Below are positions 19,113 through 30,041 of a stretch of DNA of 64,000 nucleotides, piece after piece (positions within the stretch are counted from its first letter, which is position 1; the number at the start of each line of letters is the position of its first letter). The position numbers were made by a program, and so were the translations under genes. This stretch comes from an uncultured delta proteobacterium (GTDB taxonomy: Bacteria; Desulfobacterota; Binatia; Binatales; Binataceae), in contig CAVOUW010000001.1 in assembly GCA_963699705.1 (NCBI GenBank), forward strand, positions 268,409 through 332,408. Direction: 5' to 3'. Under the pieces are notes generated by a model. The model had not been told where the DNA came from and did not search any database. It saw nothing but the letters and a program-made list of their open reading frames with translations.

Positions 19113-20290
19113 CGCGCGCTCACCTCCGACAGAGGCTCGCTGTCGGCGACGCGCCGCCATATCGCGGGGATGATCGCAGCCGCCGCGTCAATTTCATCGG
19201 CGGTGTTGTTCCATCCGAGGCTGATTCGAAGTGAGCTGCGCGCGTCGGCGACGCTACACTGCATCGCGAGCAGCACGTGCGACGGCTCGACACTGCCAGC
19301 GGCGCACGCCGAGCCCATCGAAACTTCGACGCCTTCGAGGTCGAGCGCTATGAGCATGCTCTCGCCGAGCACGCCCGGAAACGTCAGGTTGAGCGTGTTC
19401 GGCAGCCTGCCGATCGTCGGGCCGTTCAAGCGAAGGCCGGGAATCGCCGCGCGCAAGCGCGTCAACAGCGACGCGGCCAGCGAATCGATTCGCTCCGACT
19501 CGGTCTTCGTCGCGTTCATTGCGGCGTCAGCCGATGCGCCGAACGCCACCGCGCCGAGCAGATTCGGCGTGCCAGCGCGCATGCCGTTTTCGTGCGGGCC
19601 GCCAAAAATCGTCGGCGCAAACTTTGCGTAGTCGCGAACGTAGAGCGCGCCGATGCCCGACGGCGATCCGAGCTTGTGGCCGCTTAGCGTCATCAGGTCG
19701 CAGCCGAGCGCGTTCACATCGACCTGAATCCGTCCGACCGCCTGTGCGCCATCGACGTGAAACAACGCGCCGGCCGAGCTGCAGCCGGATGCGAGCGGCG
19801 CGAGATCCTGAATCGTTCCGACTTCGGAGTTCGCGAGTCCGAGCGTTACTAGTGCCGTTTCGCTGTCGAGCGCATCGAGCACGCGCGCGGGATCGATTCG
19901 TCCGTCGGAGTCAGGCGCGACTCGCACGACCTCGAAGCCGCGGCGTTCCAGTTCCGCGAGCGGAGCGAGGATCGATGAATGTTCGATCTGAGATGAGATA
20001 ATTTTGCGGCGTCGCGAGGCGGCAGTGATCGCGCCGAAGATTGCGAGATTGTTCGACTCGGTGCCGCCGCTGGTAAACACCATCTGCCGCGGATCGGCGC
20101 CGATCACCGACGCGACCTGGGCGCGCGCAGCTTCGAGCATCCGGCGCGACTTCTGACCCGAGCGATGCACCGACGAGGGATTCCCTCGCCCATCGGCCAG
20201 CAGCTGCGAAATCGCGGCGGCAGCTTCGGCGCGAAGCGGAGCGCCTGCGTTATGATCGAGGTAAATAGGCATGGACGGTTTGTTCGCCAC
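19109..20290 (-). CDS. Cysteine desulfurase (IscS/NifS family, PLP-dependent)
   Basis: FTSGGTESNN, PLP-lysine motif LSGHKLGSPSGIG, and active-site loop SMGSACAAG. Its stop overlaps the mnmA ATG. Confidence 0.85.
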   Translation of the reverse strand: MANKPSMPIYLDHNAGAPLRAEAAAAISQLLADGRGNPSSVHRSGQKSRRMLEAARAQVASVIGADPRQMVFTSGGTESNNLAIFGAITAASRRRKIISSQIEHSSILAPLAELERRGFEVVRVAPDSDGRIDPARVLDALDSETALVTLGLANSEVGTIQDLAPLASGCSSAGALFHVDGAQAVGRIQVDVNALGCDLMTLSGHKLGSPSGIGALYVRDYAKFAPTIFGGPHENGMRAGTPNLLGAVAFGASADAAMNATKTESERIDSLAASLLTRLRAAIPGLRLNGPTIGRLPNTLNLTFPGVLGESMLIALDLEGVEVSMGSACAAGSVEPSHVLLAMQCSVADARSSLRISLGWNNTADEIDAAAAIIPAIWRRVADSEPLSEVSAR

Positions 20291-20292
20291 CA

Positions 20293-21543
20293 GTGCGGCG
20301 ATTAGCTTATCTTACACTTATCCTTGGAAAAAGACGGGTTCCCCGCGTGACGCAGGCAGCATCGAGCGCAAACATAATCGTGATTGGCGCGGGCGTAGTG
20401 GGATGCTCGGTCGCGTTCCATCTCGCGCGGGCCGGTGCGCGCGTTCGGGTATTCGACAAGGGCGGGATTTGCGCCGGAATGTCGGCACGGTCCGGCGCGC
20501 TGGTCAGGATGCATTACACGTTCGCGCCGGAAGCCGAACTGGCCTGGAAGAGCCATCGCTACTTCGTGAACTGGATCGAGATGGTCGGCGGGCGATGCGG
20601 TTTCGTCGAGACAGGTTTCGCGGTCGTGGTCGGCGAGCGAAATGCGGCGCGGCTGCGGGCGAACGTCGCGATGCTCCAGCGCGTCGGTGTCGATACCGAA
20701 ATTGTGACTGCGGCAGAGTTACAGAAGCTCGAGCCTCACGCATTCATCGATGATGTCGCGCTCGCGGCGTTCGAGCCGCAGAGCGGATACGCGGATCCGG
20801 TTGCGACAACCGAGTCACTGGCTGCTGCGGCGAAACGTCACGGAGCGGAGTTCTCGACGAATACGGCAATTGCGCAGATCGTGCATCGCGGTGGACGAGC
20901 GACGGGAGTCGTCGATAGCAACGGGCACATCCACGAGGCGGACGCGGTATGCATTGTTGCAGGCCCGTGGACGGACGCGCTGCTTGCGCCGCTCGGGGTG
21001 AAGATAGGGATCAAGAGCGAGCGAGCGCAGATCGCATTCTTCAAACGGCCGCCTCAACTGAAACACTGCATCTATATAGATACGATTGCCGGCAGCTACT
21101 TTCGGCCGCATGGCGATGATTTGACGCTGGCCGGGCTCGGCGGATGGAAAGCGGAGACAGAGGCGAATCCCGACGACTTTCGCGAGTCCAACGACGACGA
21201 CTTCGTCGCGGCGGTGCGCGAGCGGCTTGCGAAGAGGATTCCCGCGATGGCCGATGCGCCCTACTCTCGCGGTCACGCCGGAATTTACGACGTCAGCCCG
21301 GACGCGCGCGCGGTGATGGGAAGCGTACCAACTATTGACGGCCTTTTCGTCGCGGCGGGATTCAGTGGGACGGGATTTAAAACTGCGCCGGCGGTTGGCG
21401 CGTCGATGAGCGAGCTGATTTTGACCGGTCGCAGCACGACGGTTGATCTGACGCCGTTCAGTTTCGAGCGAATATTGAGCGGGCGGATGATCGAGAGTCC
21501 GAACGAATACGAGATGGGCGCGGGCTTCGGACATAAGCTCTGA
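20293..21543 (+). CDS. FAD-dependent oxidoreductase (DAO/sarcosine-oxidase-beta-like)
   Basis: Dinucleotide-binding motif IIVIGAGVVGCSVAFHLA..V.VFDK. The true start may be GTG at about 20347. Confidence 0.7.
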   Translation: MRRLAYLTLILGKRRVPRVTQAASSANIIVIGAGVVGCSVAFHLARAGARVRVFDKGGICAGMSARSGALVRMHYTFAPEAELAWKSHRYFVNWIEMVGGRCGFVETGFAVVVGERNAARLRANVAMLQRVGVDTEIVTAAELQKLEPHAFIDDVALAAFEPQSGYADPVATTESLAAAAKRHGAEFSTNTAIAQIVHRGGRATGVVDSNGHIHEADAVCIVAGPWTDALLAPLGVKIGIKSERAQIAFFKRPPQLKHCIYIDTIAGSYFRPHGDDLTLAGLGGWKAETEANPDDFRESNDDDFVAAVRERLAKRIPAMADAPYSRGHAGIYDVSPDARAVMGSVPTIDGLFVAAGFSGTGFKTAPAVGASMSELILTGRSTTVDLTPFSFERILSGRMIESPNEYEMGAGFGHKL

Positions 21544-21633
21544 CCCGAAAAAAGTCACGCGACAAGAGATCGGCCCTTTGTTACGATTTTGCCCGCCACC
21601 ACAATCGCAACCTTCGATGCAAGGAGAAATAAA

Positions 21634-22660
21634 ATGTCGAATCATTTCACCGGACTTAGTCTCGGACCTCCGCTTGGCGACCAAAGACTCGACCTTTGCG
21701 ACCTTTATGCGTTTCAGTCGCCGACGGATTCGTCGCGGACCGTGATCATTCTCAATGCGAATCCGAATGCTGATGCGCTTCATCCCGACGCGATCTACCG
21801 CCTCAATATCGACAACGACGGTGATTTGTTGACGGACATCGCGATCAGTTACGTGTTCTCGAAACCGCAAAACGGGAAGCAGACGTTCAACGTGTTCCTG
21901 GCCAAAGGTGAGGAGTCGCGATCGGTCGAGGCGGTCGGGAAGAAGATCGTCAGCGACGCGGAGGTCTCGTTCGGGCCCAAGCCGAACATCGTGAAGGCGG
22001 GCGATTATACATTTTTCGCGGGAAGTCGCAGCGACGCTTTCTTTTTCGACTTCGACGGAATCAAGGCGCTGTTCGACACCGAGTGGCAAACGGAATTTCA
22101 CCGAACCTCACCTCGCTTCACTCGGCGGCAAGTCGCCGTGGACTGGAGTGGATTCGAATACACAAGCAAACGTGTTCTCGACAGTGGTCGAGCTGCCGAC
22201 CAGCGAACTGGGTCTGAAGACGCCCCAAATACATATCTGGGGACGATGCAGCGTGCGGCAGGATGGCAAGCTGTTACACGTCGATCGCGCGGGTCATCCG
22301 TCAGTCAGCAGCTTCTTCAACACCGACGATACCAAGCTGGAATACAATGCGAGCGAGCCGGTGAACGATCGCAAGCGTTGGATCGATCAGTTCGTGCATC
22401 TGATGGGGCACACGGGGAATTACACGCGCGAGGAAGCGATCGCGGCGATCGATAAGGAAGGGACGCTGCCCGATGTGATGACGTTCAATCCGTCGAAGCC
22501 TGCGAAGTATCCGAACGGACGCACTTTCCTCGACGACGTGATCGATTACCGGCTCGCGTTCCTGACCAAGGGCGAATGCCCTCCCAGCGGCTTGAAGCCG
22601 CACAGCGACACTCTCAAGGAGTTTCCGTATATCGGTACGCCGCATCAGAAAAAGAGTTAG
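21634..22660 (+). pseudogene. DUF4331-family protein, single frame break at about 22078-22092
   Basis: AAGGAG precedes ATG 21634. The N-terminal part (DLCDLYAF.SP.., GSRSDAFFFDFDG) is in frame 1. The C-terminal part (SPWTGVDSNTQANVFSTVVELP..) is in frame 2, which is open upstream of 22148. Confidence 0.65.
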
Positions 22661-22696
22661 CGGCGCGCGCCTCGCTGACGAGGGCTGGCGTTGTCG

Positions 22697-23413
22697 CTAG
22701 CCCTTGTTGGCGATGCGCTCGGGCGTCGGCGGATGATGCTCGCTGACTTTGTCTTCGAGGCAGTCCTGGCGCTCTTCGATTTCTTCCATGCGCACGCCCA
22801 TCCGGTTGAGCTTCTCGATCAGATTGCCCATCGCGCGCGCGACCGGATCGGGCAGCTTGGCGTGATCGAGTTCCATAACGTCGTGGCGAGCATTGTCGCC
22901 CTCGATCACCTTGCCCGGAATTCCCACGACTGTTGACCACGGCGGGCACGACGACACGACCACCGCGCCGGCACCGATGCGACTGCCCTCGCCGATTCGC
23001 ACCGGGCCGATGACCGACGCGCCCGCACTGACCATCACGTGATCCTCGAGCGTCGGATGCCGCTTTTCTTTCTTAAGACTCGTGCCGCCGAGGGTGACGC
23101 CCTGGTAGAGGAGGACGTCGTCGCCAATTTCCACCGTCTCGCCCATCACGATGCCCATCCCGTGATCGATGAAGAGGCGGCGGCCGATTTTCGCGCCGGG
23201 ATGGATTTCGATGCCGGTGATGAAGCGCGCGATCTCGCTGACGAGCCGGCCGAGAAACTTGCAGTTATGCTCCCAGAGCCAATGTGCGACGCGGTAGTGC
23301 CAGATGGCGTGCAGACCGGGATACAGGAGCACGACTTCGATCGTCGAGCGCGCGGCGGGGTCGCGGTCGAAGATCGACTGGATGTCTTCCCTCATTCGGC
23401 TCAGAACACCCAT
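22697..23413 (-). CDS. cysE: Serine O-acetyltransferase
   Basis: [20 protein letters not shown] and hexapeptide repeats [31 protein letters not shown]. It has a C-terminal extension. Confidence 0.85.
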   Translation of the reverse strand: MGVLSRMREDIQSIFDRDPAARSTIEVVLLYPGLHAIWHYRVAHWLWEHNCKFLGRLVSEIARFITGIEIHPGAKIGRRLFIDHGMGIVMGETVEIGDDVLLYQGVTLGGTSLKKEKRHPTLEDHVMVSAGASVIGPVRIGEGSRIGAGAVVVSSCPPWSTVVGIPGKVIEGDNARHDVMELDHAKLPDPVARAMGNLIEKLNRMGVRMEEIEERQDCLEDKVSEHHPPTPERIANKG

Positions 23414-23444
23414 GGCACCTACCTCGTTTTACGGGCGCCGCGGG

Positions 23445-25124
23445 TCAGGCCTTCGAATGCGCGGCGTGACTGTTCTCCGCGGATTTGGATGACCGCGGAC
23501 GCGTTCCGTTTTGTTTTCCGGCCGCGGCTTTCGCGCGCGGCTTCACATTATCCTTGTGCAGCTTGTATTCGACCGAGTCAACCAGCGCCTGCCAGCTCGC
23601 CTCGACGACGTTGCTCGACAATCCCACCGTGCCCCATCGGCGCTTGCCGTCGGTGGATTCGATCAGCACGCGGACGCGCGCTTCGGTGCCGGCGCCGTTG
23701 TCGAGCACGCGAACTTTGTAATCGACCAGCTGCATCGCCGCGAGATTTGGATAGTACGGCAGCAGCGCGGCGCGCAGCGCGGAATCGAGCGCGTTGACGG
23801 GGCCGTTGCCGATCGCGGAGTTGCGCGTACGCACTCCGTCGGGGCCTTCGAGCACGACCACCGCTTCGCTGAACGGCGCGCGATCCTCATGCCACTTGTC
23901 GTCGAACACGCGGAAGCTGACGAAGTTGAAATGTTCCTTGACGAGGCCGAGCGTCCGCAGCATCAGCAGCTCGAACGACGCGTCGGCACCGTCGAAGGTG
24001 TAGCCGGCGCCCTCGAGGCGCTTGAGCTCGTCGAGCAGCGCGCCGATCTTGTCGTCGCTGGCGGAATCGATCTCGAGGCCGAACTCCTTGGCCTTGTACA
24101 CGATGTTGGCGCGGCCGGAGAGCTCGGAGAGCAGCACGCGGCGATCATTGCCGAGCAGCGCCGGATCGATGTGCTCGTAGGTCGCGGTGTTGCGCTGGAT
24201 TCCCGAGACGTGCAGGCCGCCCTTGTGCGCGAACGCGCTGCGGCCGACGTACGGCTGGCGCGCGAACGGCGTGATGTTGGCGAGCTCGTAGACCAACCGC
24301 GAGACCTCGCGCATGGTCTTGAGCTTCGCGGGCGGCACACAATGGTAGCCGAGTTTGAGCTGCAAATTGGCGACGACCGAGACCAGGTTCGCGTTACCGC
24401 ATCGCTCGCCGAAGCCGTTGATGGTGCCCTGCACTTGCGACGCGCCCGCCTTTACACCGGCGAGAGTGTTGGCGACTGCGACTTCCGAATCGTTGTGGCA
24501 GTGAATTCCAAGCGGACAATTCACCGCGGCCCGAGCAGCGGTCACCGCAGCTTCGATTTCATGAGGCAGGCGTCCGCCGTTGGTATCGCACAGCGCGATC
24601 AGGGTGACGCCGGCTTCATCGACCGCTTTGAGACACGCGAGCGCATACTCGGGATTGTGAAAATAGCCGTCGAAGAAATGCTCGGCGTCGAAAATCGCCT
24701 CGTCGAAGTTTTTTTTCAGAAACGCGATCGTGTCGTTGAGAATTTCGAGATTTTCGTTGAGCGGAATCCGGAGGGCCTCGCGCACATGCATGTCCCAAGT
24801 CTTGCCGACCACGGTCGCGACCTGGGTCCCGGTGCGCAGAAGCAATTGGAGATTACGATCGGCTGAAGCGCGGACTCCCGAGCGGCGGGTCGAGCCGAAG
24901 GCCGCAATCTTCGCGTGACGAATTTTGATTTTCTTGATCTCTTTGAAAAACGCGGCGTCTCGATCGTTCGAGCCCGGCCATCCGCCCTCGATGTAATCGA
25001 AACCGAGATCGTCGAGCCGCTCGGCAATCGAGACCTTGTCCTCGACCGTCAGCGAAACGTCCTCGGACTGGCACCCGTCGCGCAACGTGGTGTCGTAAAC
25101 CTGGATATGTTTTGCATCCGCCAT
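23445..25124 (-). CDS. cimA: (R)-citramalate synthase / LeuA-family type 2
   Basis: [22 protein letters not shown], and a C-terminal LeuA-dimer regulatory domain. The ATG at 25124 lies 5 nt after the lysC stop; the ORF track starts at TTG 25133. Confidence 0.8.
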   Translation of the reverse strand: MADAKHIQVYDTTLRDGCQSEDVSLTVEDKVSIAERLDDLGFDYIEGGWPGSNDRDAAFFKEIKKIKIRHAKIAAFGSTRRSGVRASADRNLQLLLRTGTQVATVVGKTWDMHVREALRIPLNENLEILNDTIAFLKKNFDEAIFDAEHFFDGYFHNPEYALACLKAVDEAGVTLIALCDTNGGRLPHEIEAAVTAARAAVNCPLGIHCHNDSEVAVANTLAGVKAGASQVQGTINGFGERCGNANLVSVVANLQLKLGYHCVPPAKLKTMREVSRLVYELANITPFARQPYVGRSAFAHKGGLHVSGIQRNTATYEHIDPALLGNDRRVLLSELSGRANIVYKAKEFGLEIDSASDDKIGALLDELKRLEGAGYTFDGADASFELLMLRTLGLVKEHFNFVSFRVFDDKWHEDRAPFSEAVVVLEGPDGVRTRNSAIGNGPVNALDSALRAALLPYYPNLAAMQLVDYKVRVLDNGAGTEARVRVLIESTDGKRRWGTVGLSSNVVEASWQALVDSVEYKLHKDNVKPRAKAAAGKQNGTRPRSSKSAENSHAAHSKA

Positions 25125-25129
25125 CGGAC

Positions 25130-26380
25130 TCAAACTGACTCCCGCGGCGCGGCGTTGGGACCGCCGTCGCCGTTGATAAACGCGTCGTGCAGCGCACGCA
25201 TCGCGAGCTCGCCGTATTTCGAATTGACTACGACCGACACTTTAATTTCCGAGGTCGAAATCATCTCGATATTAATTCGCTCGGTCGCGAGCACCTCGAA
25301 CATGGTCGAGGCGACGCCCGAATGGGTCCGCATGCCGACGCCAACCACCGAGACCTTCGCGACCTGATCGTTGTGGCGCACGCCGGCGGCGCCGATTTCC
25401 TTTGCGGTACGATCGACGATTTCGAGCGCGCGTTTCAGATCTTCGCGCCCGATCGTAAACGTCATGTCGGTGCGGCCATCGGCGCTGGCATTCTGGATAA
25501 TCATGTCGACGACGATTCCAGCGTTCGCGATCGGGCTGAAAATTTTGGCCGCGAGTCCGGGGCGATCCTCGACGCCGGCGACGGTTATCTTGCTTTGGTT
25601 CTGGTCGAGCGTTACGCCCGAGACGAGCACGTCCTCCATCGACTGATCCTCTTGTCCGACCCACGTCCCTTCCACTTCACCGAAGCTGGAGCGGACGACG
25701 AGCGGCACGTTGTAGCGGCGGGCGAGTTCTACCGAGCGGGTTTGCAGGACCTTGGCGCCGAGTCCCGCCATCTCGAGCATCTCGTCGTAGGAGATGCGGC
25801 CGAGTTTTTTTGCTTTAGGGCAGACGTTGGGATCGGCAGTATAGACGCCGTCCACGTCGGTGTAGATTTCGCAGGCGTCGGCTTTCAGAGCGGCTGCGAG
25901 CGCGACCGCGGTCAGGTCCGACGCGCCGCGGCCAAGGGTCGTGATATCGCCGTTGGGATTGACGCCCTGGTATCCGGCGACGACGACTATCTTGCCGTCG
26001 TCGAGCGACTGCATCACACGATCGCATTGCACGGACTTGATGCGCGCGCGGCCGTGATTCGAGTCGGTAGTCAGGTTCATCTGAAATGCGAGAAAAGAAA
26101 CGGTCGGATGCCCCATCGATTGCAACCGAATCGCGAGCAGCGCGGCAGAGACCTGCTCTCCGGTCGCGACCAGCACGTCGGTCTCGCGCGCGCTCGGCGA
26201 TTCGCTGAGTTCAGATGCGAGCTGGAACAGACGATTGGTCTCGCCGGCCATCGCGGACACGACTACAACGATCCGATTTCCGCCGTCGCGCGATCGGACC
26301 ACGCGATCGGCGACCGCCTTGATTCGTTCGATCGAGCCGACCGACGTGCCGCCGTATTTTTGAACTACTAATCCCACCAA
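25130..26380 (-). CDS. lysC: Aspartate kinase
   Basis: VVQKYGGTSVGS, VVVVSAMAGETN and tandem C-terminal ACT domains. The start is TTG 26380 or GTG 26377. Confidence 0.9.
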   Translation of the reverse strand: MVGLVVQKYGGTSVGSIERIKAVADRVVRSRDGGNRIVVVVSAMAGETNRLFQLASELSESPSARETDVLVATGEQVSAALLAIRLQSMGHPTVSFLAFQMNLTTDSNHGRARIKSVQCDRVMQSLDDGKIVVVAGYQGVNPNGDITTLGRGASDLTAVALAAALKADACEIYTDVDGVYTADPNVCPKAKKLGRISYDEMLEMAGLGAKVLQTRSVELARRYNVPLVVRSSFGEVEGTWVGQEDQSMEDVLVSGVTLDQNQSKITVAGVEDRPGLAAKIFSPIANAGIVVDMIIQNASADGRTDMTFTIGREDLKRALEIVDRTAKEIGAAGVRHNDQVAKVSVVGVGMRTHSGVASTMFEVLATERINIEMISTSEIKVSVVVNSKYGELAMRALHDAFINGDGGPNAAPRESV

Positions 26381-26523
26381 AATGACCCTATCTACCCTGA
26401 AAAATGGGGTAATCGACTATTATGATCGGAAAACAGGGACGCAAACCAGACCCCGTGTTACCGTAACTTCTACGTCGGCGAGCGGTTAAGATAGATAGCA
26501 GACGGAATCGCGGAGAAAACACG

Positions 26524-26859
26524 ATGCCTTTCATCGATACGAACGAGTTGAAGACAATCGAGCGGCTTCCCGGATGGAAAGGAAAGTACTTCGATTCGGA
26601 AAGTATGACGTTCGGGCACTATGTGTTTGCGGCGGGGTCGTCGATTCATGAGCACTCGCATGCGAATGAGGAAGTTTGGAACGTGATTGACGGGCAGCTC
26701 GAAGTGACGATTGGGGGAATTAAGCAAATCGCGGGGCCGGGATGCGTCGCGATCGTGCCGCCGGACACGCTTCATTTTGTGAGAGCGGTCACGGATGGGC
26801 GAGCGATTGTCGTGGACTATCCGCTGCGTCGCGAGATGAGCAAGCAACCTAACCCCTAA
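26524..26859 (+). CDS. Cupin-domain protein
   Basis: Cupin motifs ..HEHSHANEEVWNVIDG.. and ..VPPDTLH... The last 5 codons and the stop lie within a partial family-B repeat. Confidence 0.6.
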   Translation: MPFIDTNELKTIERLPGWKGKYFDSESMTFGHYVFAAGSSIHEHSHANEEVWNVIDGQLEVTIGGIKQIAGPGCVAIVPPDTLHFVRAVTDGRAIVVDYPLRREMSKQPNP

Positions 26860-26862
26860 CAA

Positions 26863-27366
26863 TCAGGCGAAGCTGCGTTTCAGCTTTGAGATGATTTGGG
26901 CGTGACGCGAATCTACTGCGCTGAATTCGATGCGGCGTAAGTTTGCGCCGGCGTAGCTAATGCGGACTGACAGGAATTCCATGTCGGCGCCGCCACGCAG
27001 TCGCTCGTACCATTCGACTGCTGCTACGCCTTGGGAGAAGAGGTATTCGCGGAGGCCGAGGTCGTCGAGGGTCGCCTCTTCGAGGCGGTACAGATCTATG
27101 TGGTAGAGAGGGAAGCGTCCGTGATGCTCCTGGATCATGGTGAAGGTCGGGCTCAGGATATCTTCCTCGCGCAGGCTGAGTCCGCGTGCAAGTCCCTTGA
27201 TGAAGCAGGTTTTGCCTGCGCCAAGGTCGCCGATGAGGCCGAGCAGTTCGCCGCCTTCCAGCAGCGAGGCGAGCCGGCGTCCCCACGATTTGGTCTCGTG
27301 CGGCGAGCGGCTCTCGATCACCATTGTGACGACGGTCGCGCCTGAGTCTGTAGCGGCATTAGCCAT
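26863..27366 (-). CDS. tsaE: tRNA t6A37 biosynthesis ATPase TsaE
   Basis: GDLGAGKTCFIKGLARGL, SPTFTMI and LYHIDLYRL. Confidence 0.8.
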   Translation of the reverse strand: MANAATDSGATVVTMVIESRSPHETKSWGRRLASLLEGGELLGLIGDLGAGKTCFIKGLARGLSLREEDILSPTFTMIQEHHGRFPLYHIDLYRLEEATLDDLGLREYLFSQGVAAVEWYERLRGGADMEFLSVRISYAGANLRRIEFSAVDSRHAQIISKLKRSFA

Positions 27367-27395
27367 ACGATTAGTCAGTTACTACTGTAGCTCAA

Positions 27396-28949
27396 TTAGC
27401 TAGTTAGTGCTTCCAGCGCCATCGGCAACTCGTCAATCAGGTCGCCGGCGATGTAACCAACACGGCCCATCCGCGCGGCGACGCGATCGGCCGTGTAGCC
27501 GTGCAGGAAAACACCGAACGCGAGGGCGTCGAGCGGGCGCATGTGCTGTCCGAGCATCGCGCCGACAATTCCGGAAAGCGCGTCACCCATTCCCGGCGTG
27601 GACATGCCGGGGTTGCCGGTCGAGTTCACGAACACATCGCCGTCCGGGGATGCGATAACCGAGCGCGATCCTTTTATCAGCACGCACGCGCCGGTCCGCT
27701 CGGCCAAAGTACATGCCGCAGTCACGCGGTCGTCGTTGATAGCGGTGGTCGTCACGCCAAGGAGTCGCGACGCTTCTCCCGGATGTGGGGTAAGCACACA
27801 TGCACCTCGTGCGCGCCGCAAAGACTCGCAACCGATCGCGGCCAGCGCGTTAAGTCCGTCGGCATCGATCAACATCGGACGATCGGGCTCGCAGGCGTCG
27901 GAGATCATCCATTCAATGAGGCGCTTTGTATCATCACTAACGCCGATTCCTGGTCCAACGATCAGCGCATTCTTACCTTCGAGCAACATCTTCAACGCGT
28001 CGGGCGCGTGAGCGCCGTCAAAATGGCCGTCGCGATCGGCGATCGGCTCGGTCATCAGCTCGGCCTGCCCTGCCGCGACGATCGGCTGAATCGATTCCGG
28101 CATCGCCGCGGTAACCAGGCCAGCGCCCGTTCTCAATGCGGCGCGCGAAGCGAGCAGAACTGCGCCGGACTTGCCGCGTCCGCCGGCAATCACCAGCGGA
28201 TGTCCGTACATTCCCTTGTGCGAGTTCGCCGGCCGCGGGCGAATGAGATGTTGCAAGTCGGCGCGCTCGATGAAGCGTCCACGCGGCGCTATCTCGTCGA
28301 TCGCGCGAGGCGCGAAGCCAATATCGACGATGCGCAACTCGCCGATTCGGCCGGCGCCTGGATATGAGACGTGGCCGAACTTCGGGAACCCGAACGTCAC
28401 CGTCATCGAAGCCCGAATAGCCGCGCCCATGATCGCGCCCGTGTCCGAGTTCACACCCGAGGCTATATCGACGGCGACCGTCGGCACTGCGAACGAATTG
28501 ACAATCTCGATCGCGCGGCGCGGCGCGTGTTTCACCGGCGCGTTTAGTCCGGTGCCGAAAATCGCGTCGATAACTGCGCCCGGCTTCTTGTTGAGTGCGG
28601 TTTCGAGACTCGACTCCGTCACTGCTTCGAGCACCTTGCCGCCGGATGCGCGAAACTCTGCATGCGCGCGTGCCGCATCGCCTTTCAAGTCGGTGGTGCG
28701 ACCGAGGAGAACTGCTCGCACTGCGAAGCCGTCCTGGATGAGGCGTCGGCCCGCGACGAATCCGTCGCCGCCGTTGTTGCCCTTGCCTGCGACGACGAGT
28801 ACGTCGGTGACTGCATCGGGAAAGCGATCGACGAGCGCGTCGGCAACCGCCTCACCCGCGCGGGTCATCAGCGAGTACGACGGAATGCCGTATTTGTCCT
28901 GGCTGATGCGATCGAGTTCGCGGCTTTGGGTGGCGTTGAGAAGAATCAT
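27396..28949 (-). CDS. nnr: Bifunctional NAD(P)H-hydrate epimerase/dehydratase
   Basis: N-terminal YjeF_N (GKGNNGGDGFV) and C-terminal carbohydrate-kinase-like domain (VIAGGRGKSGA.., GNPGMSTPGMGD). Confidence 0.85.
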   Translation of the reverse strand: MILLNATQSRELDRISQDKYGIPSYSLMTRAGEAVADALVDRFPDAVTDVLVVAGKGNNGGDGFVAGRRLIQDGFAVRAVLLGRTTDLKGDAARAHAEFRASGGKVLEAVTESSLETALNKKPGAVIDAIFGTGLNAPVKHAPRRAIEIVNSFAVPTVAVDIASGVNSDTGAIMGAAIRASMTVTFGFPKFGHVSYPGAGRIGELRIVDIGFAPRAIDEIAPRGRFIERADLQHLIRPRPANSHKGMYGHPLVIAGGRGKSGAVLLASRAALRTGAGLVTAAMPESIQPIVAAGQAELMTEPIADRDGHFDGAHAPDALKMLLEGKNALIVGPGIGVSDDTKRLIEWMISDACEPDRPMLIDADGLNALAAIGCESLRRARGACVLTPHPGEASRLLGVTTTAINDDRVTAACTLAERTGACVLIKGSRSVIASPDGDVFVNSTGNPGMSTPGMGDALSGIVGAMLGQHMRPLDALAFGVFLHGYTADRVAARMGRVGYIAGDLIDELPMALEALTS

Positions 28950-29060
28950 GGGCGGCTATCGGGCCGAAAATACCATATGTAGTGGTTGTGGGACGATTCT
29001 GCCACTATCGGTAGCTTCGTTCCGTCAGAAATTGTTTTTCGCATGATCATGGAAGCTAGC

Positions 29061-29103
29061 AACCTAACCCCTAACCCCTTTCCGAGCGGGAAGGGGAACC
29101 GGA
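29061..29103 (+). repeat. Repeat family B, copy 1
   Basis: aacctaacccctaacccc followed by the hairpin cccctttcc-gagc-gggaagggg. Inverted copies lie at 55434..55475 and 60167..60210, and a partial copy at 26846..26860. Confidence 0.7.
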
Positions 29104-29282
29104 TTGTGGAGAGCCGCGCGAAAGTGAGAGTGGTTGCGCTGGGCCAGAGTGAGCGAGCAGGAAGCATACCTTACAAGTAACACAGAAAGTTTGCCGTGGT
29201 CAGGCTGAACAGTTCATCCCCATGGCCGCGCCGATGAACGGGTGGGGTTGCTCTGGTAGTTTTAGGGCGCGGAGTTTTTGGA

Positions 29283-30035
29283 ATGATTCGGCTTAGCGTT
29301 AACGTCAATAAGATTGCGACGCTGCGGAATGCGCGTGGGGGGAATATTCCCGACGTGGTTGAGGCGGCGCGCGTCTGTATTGCGGCGGGGTGCCATGGGA
29401 TTACGGTTCATCCGCGTCCCGATGCACGGCATATTACGTTTCAGGACGTGTTTGATCTGGCCGCGATGCTGACGGTCGAGTTCAATATCGAAGGTTACCC
29501 GGGGGCGGAGTTTATTGACCTCGTGATGCGGGTGCGACCGACGCAGGTGACGTTGGTGCCCGACCCGCCGGGGGTGCTGACGTCGAGCGCGGGATGGAAT
29601 CTCACCTCGGGCGCAGCGGATTGGTTGCGGGATGTGCTCGCCAAGTTTCGCGATGCGGACATTCGCACGAGCCTTTTTCTCGAGACTGACGCCGCGCAGA
29701 TCGAACGCGCGCAAGAATTGGGCGCCGATCGAATTGAGTTGTACACCGGACCGTATGCGCATGCGTTCGGAACGGCGGAAGGCAAAACGATTCTCGCGGC
29801 GCATCGCGAAGCCGCCAGTCTCGCGCGGAAAATCGGACTCGGTGTAAACGCGGGGCACGATCTCGATCTGAAAAATATTCCTGCCTATGCGAAAGCGGTT
29901 AGAGGGCTGCAGGAAGTGTCGATTGGGCATGCATTGATATCCGACGCGCTTTACATGGGTTTGACGCGTACCGTTAAGGCTTATCTGAAGGCGCTCGGAT
30001 CGAAGCCGATGAAAGTGACGCGCAAGCGCACTTGA
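29283..30035 (+). CDS. pdxJ: Pyridoxine 5'-phosphate synthase
   Basis: LSVNVNKIATLRNARGG, HPRPDARHI, ELYTGPYA and VNAGHDL. Confidence 0.9.
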   Translation: MIRLSVNVNKIATLRNARGGNIPDVVEAARVCIAAGCHGITVHPRPDARHITFQDVFDLAAMLTVEFNIEGYPGAEFIDLVMRVRPTQVTLVPDPPGVLTSSAGWNLTSGAADWLRDVLAKFRDADIRTSLFLETDAAQIERAQELGADRIELYTGPYAHAFGTAEGKTILAAHREAASLARKIGLGVNAGHDLDLKNIPAYAKAVRGLQEVSIGHALISDALYMGLTRTVKAYLKALGSKPMKVTRKRT

Positions 30036-30041
30036 TTTAAT

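Noticed and set aside
16683-19160. 825-aa ORF that looks like a bifunctional MnmA-MtaB fusion enzyme
   Set aside because: The roughly 75-aa junction is Arg/Ser-rich out-of-frame sequence. The real MnmA C-terminus is in another frame and ends at 18017. MtaB has its own ATG at 18014.
26381-26523. Lysine riboswitch upstream of lysC, and a TPP riboswitch upstream of thiO at 62083-62164
   Set aside because: Reading the minus-strand leaders, I found none of the conserved cores, for example the CUGAGA and ACCUGAUCUGGAUAAUGCCAGCG-like TPP segments or the L-box helices.
29061-29103. Telomere-like CCCTAA/TTAGGG-type units (aacctaacccctaacccc)
   Set aside because: Only two degenerate units are present. 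They are internal to the contig and always fused to the same hairpin, so they form part of a dispersed REP-like element, not a replicon end.
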